From Auanema rhodensis (lineage: Eukaryota; Animalia; Nematoda): DNA of 64,000 nt. The translations under genes were made by a program, and so were the position numbers. The notes below the pieces were generated by a model that was not told the origin of the DNA, made no database searches, and saw only the letters and a program-made list of their open reading frames with translations. Shown piece by piece: positions 60,405-64,000 of this stretch. Within the stretch, counting starts at the first letter, position 1. Every line of letters starts with the position of its first letter. The stretch is taken from contig OZ059899.1 in assembly GCA_964057225.1 (NCBI GenBank), positions 5,270,001-5,334,000 on the forward strand, in the 5' to 3' direction.

Positions 60405-60540
60405 CTCTCCTATTGGCTGGCTTCCGGTAGTGGGCGGGGCTTCAGCAGTGTATGTAGGCGGAGCCAGCCGAGACTGGTTGTGGGGGGCTAGGGCCTCTCC
60501 CCTGGCTGTGGCCTGTAGAGAGGTGGGGTTAGACTACTAT
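60405..60540. promoter_or_regulatory. GC-rich promoter/enhancer-like island
   Basis: ATTGG (reverse CCAAT), CTTCCGG (ETS-like), GGGCGGGG and GGCGGAG (GC boxes) within ~60 bp, in AT-rich surroundings. Confidence 0.4.
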
Positions 60541-63500
60541 GGACCATAAGAAGATGAAGTAGACTGTTAGACAGTTTATCATCATCAGCATTTGAGCTCA
60601 TGAGCTTATATGTATGTGCATGTATGGTTTAGCTCTTTACCCATTATACTGTCGTTTTATCTTTCTTCATCTCATAATTATATAAGAATATAATATAATG
60701 TTAGTTATAACTAATGTTTAAACTATTTAATGGATTTATTTTATTCTTTTTTTCAAATATAATCTTAATTATAAGTCCATTAATCATATCTTCTTTTTAA
60801 GATTCTTTTACGTAAACTTTTTCTTTTTTTTTCAAAGATAAGGAATATAATTTTAAATTTATATTATATAATTAAGTTAAATACTATTAAAACAGAACAA
60901 AACTTGCTTCACTATTTCTCAATCATTGCTATATGTCTTACTACTTACAGAAAACGATTGTGTTGATTTAAAAACATTACTTTTAACGTTTTGTATGTTT
61001 TTGTCAATTTTATAACATTAAAATTTAAACTTAACTTTAAAACTTTATAAGTTCAAAATATACAACTAGTAGTTAACTATATAAGAATTATATGATTTAT
61101 GAAAGATTCCATATAAATTCATTATATTTATATTTTTGTATCACAATCATCTTTTTTACTCTCTCTCTTTCTCTCTCTCTCTCTCTTTCTCTCGCTCTTA
61201 CAAACTATTTATCTTTCTCAATTTTTTTATATTTCATTTTCACTATGGTTATAAAACTTATTTCTATTTGATATCACACCTCATTAGTCTTTTAAACACA
61301 TTGATATTAGTTTTATCACTAATTTATATATTATTTTAGTATAAATATAAATTATTTCTTATAAAACGGAAATAAATTTTATTTTTATATATTATTTAGA
61401 ATATATATATAGATATAGTTAATATCATATAGTTAGATAGATTATATATACATATAATCAAACAAAAATCGAAAAAATATATTTTGCCTTGTAGTTCCGG
61501 AAACGCTTTTGCTATTGTTACATTAAACAGATGATAAGACTATAAAAAGTCGAGAAGGGTAGGGGGGAGGGCGCTAATTAATTAAGTTTTTACCCTGAGG
61601 GCCTATTTTCATTTCTTTATTATACTGTCATCAAGCCTATTGTTGTTGTCATCTTTCTCTTTCTGTCTATCCTCTATCTTTTCAAGTCTCTCTCAATACT
61701 TCTCTATTCAATAGCTTTTTCACCTCTCTTCCTTTCGCCTTATATAACTTTCTCTTTAAATTTGGTTAACAGAGAATGATTAAAGAGGCTAAGAAAAAGT
61801 TAAAAAAAGATAAAGAGGAAAAGGATGTTATAACAAAGAAGACAAAAACTCTTCGTTGTTGTTCTTTTAGCATCAGATGATCATGATGTGAAACATGAAG
61901 GTAAATAGTCAAGACATGTTGATGTCATCTATTTGGATTTCATCGTCATCGCCATCTCAGCTTCAGCTAACTCTCGTTTCATTGGCTGCTTTCATCTTTT
62001 CCGCTTCTCTTCTGCTATTCGTTCAATAGCTGTCCTTGATGTGTGCTTCTTTTCCGATGAAACAGGAAAAAAACTGTCATTCTCGTCTTCACAAGCTCAC
62101 GTCTGTTTCCAATTTCAGAAAATGATTCAAAATTTTCGTTGAAACAATGAAAAATGACAATTGGGTGTATCATGAAAGTTTAGAATCAAATTTTAATATA
62201 ATTCTATTATATTCATATGACGTTCACAAATAAATGACAGCTAATTCAGAACAGCCTTCCGATGATACTCGATATCATCCGAATTCTACCTTATATGGTA
62301 AGACAGCAAAGTATTCTGTTCTGATAGCATATCAGTGTCATAATTTCTTTTGATTAGTATCCGCTTTTATGTTCGGAAACAAGCTTTGAACTCTCATCTA
62401 GCAGTGAAAACCATTTTTTCGTCTGTCGATTGTCTCTGTCTGTTTCATGTAACAATCAATTGAACAGAAAAAAATCTTAAAAAACTTCATAGGTGTAGTC
62501 TTGTATTCATGTACCTCTATCGTACCCTTAACTCATCAGAATATAGTGATAAGTCGTAGGAGGGTGATGAGTAACGTCACCATGAAGTCTGCATACAAGC
62601 TGAGGACAGCGTTTGACAGTTTGAAAAATTTAGGTACAAACATCAGATAATGTCTAGATAGAGAGAATCGTCTTATCTTAAAGTATTTAATTATATATTA
62701 TAACCATTAAGATATATTTATAGCTTTATACATCCACACCTTATGTTGTATGTTTCTGAGATATTTGAAATACTCCACATACATTCCTAGTTAACCAACT
62801 TGCCATATATACACGCATATCATATATCTTTATCTTTATAAAAATAATAATAAAAAAAAGATTTTTTGAATGAATAACGGAAGGTTATGAAGAGCCAGAT
62901 GCTCCAATACCATCACCTGTCTTTTCTGTAGCTCTTTCATTCAGTCAGTCAGTCAGCTCCTCCCCTTACTAGCCCATTCCTACTTTCTTTCTATCTCATA
63001 CACTCCTCATCATCCTCTCTCTCTCTCTAGGTCTACTCCCTGCCTTCCTTAACGTCTTATCGTTCAATTTTCTTTGCCAATAAGCAAAGTCACACGAGTG
63101 TTCTTCCTTTACAACGTTCTATGTTGTTCTCTCTCTCTCCCTCTCTCTTTCTCTATTTCCCTCTATACCTCCCTTCATCAGCTATTCCCTTCCTTCAAAA
63201 TCCAATTCATATATCTTGTATATTTCATTTAATGTTTTTGAATAATTAAATAACTTCACCCTATACTTCTCTATTCGTTTCAAATTCACTGTATGTCTCA
63301 TAAAGCAGTATATGGCTTACGACCACACTGTGCGCAGATCATCAACAGTTAGTTATGTATCTATGCTGTCCAATGTTGATGTTTGAAATTGATTTTTCGA
63401 CTTTTTTTTCTCTTCTTCTTCATATTTTACAGTCTTTTCCATTAATCTCCTCGTTTTTTCTCTTCGATTTTCATACATTGTGTTCCTGTGCAGTCTTTAT

Positions 63501-64000
63501 GTTTCTATATATCTTCACATTCATTCTTCTATTTTGATCAAATTCTCAGATATCTTTTATCCAACTTTTCTAATGAAATTAATATTTCTTTGAAGAACAA
63601 TTAGTTATTAATTTTTTAAAGAAATTTTATTAATTTCTTACCTATTCTTCCTTTCCTTTCCTTTATTTCTTCTTCTTCATCTTTTAAATAATAAATTTTT
63701 GTTTGTATATGGTATTCAATATCCATGATTTATACATATTTCTTTTAGTATTTTTCACAGATTCTCTTAAGTTTTTCAGCTTTTTTTGTTGACAAGCTTT
63801 TAAATTAAAAATGCTACGTGTCATTGATTGTGGTCAGTGCCATCTCTATCCATATACACAACACACGTAAAACGACCAGAAAAGGCAAAGTAGTCTTTGA
63901 ATTCACAATATTCATTGTCTTTTGTCTTCATCATCTTTATCTTCATTTTTTAAATTTTATTTTTTATTAAAAATATTTTATTATTTATATTTAGATGAAT

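Noticed and set aside
60109-60549. 146-aa ORF
   Set aside because: Low-complexity F/S/L translation of CT-rich DNA running into a GC island; TTG start and no homology recognised.

Overview
AT-rich nematode genomic DNA, probably rhabditid: ~45-nt introns, TTTCAG/TTTTAG acceptors and many (CT/GA)n tracts. Gene order: eftu-2/EFTUD2 (-, 1436-5377) head-to-head with a Sly1/SCFD1 gene (+, 5793-9860); ~9 kb without recognisable genes; the unc-49 GABA-gated chloride channel locus (+, 19312-35104); a Mn-type cation diffusion facilitator (-); a transthyretin-like gene; a probable coq-5 + POLDIP2 operon; then ~20 kb of apparently non-coding sequence. unc-49 has six shared N-terminal exons spliced to one of three tandem, intact C-terminal modules (A, B, C). 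Main finding: a GC-rich 'docking' element in the intron after the last shared exon (26469-26489) is complementary to two 'selector' elements, one before module B (30308-30337) and one before module C (32647-32660). Both use the same docking bases, so the pairings are mutually exclusive. A cluster of RBFOX-type UGCAUG motifs lies upstream of module A, for which I found no selector. This suggests a Dscam-like competing RNA-structure switch for choosing the GABA receptor subunit; I am not aware of it being described for unc-49. All exon models were built by hand and no searches were run.
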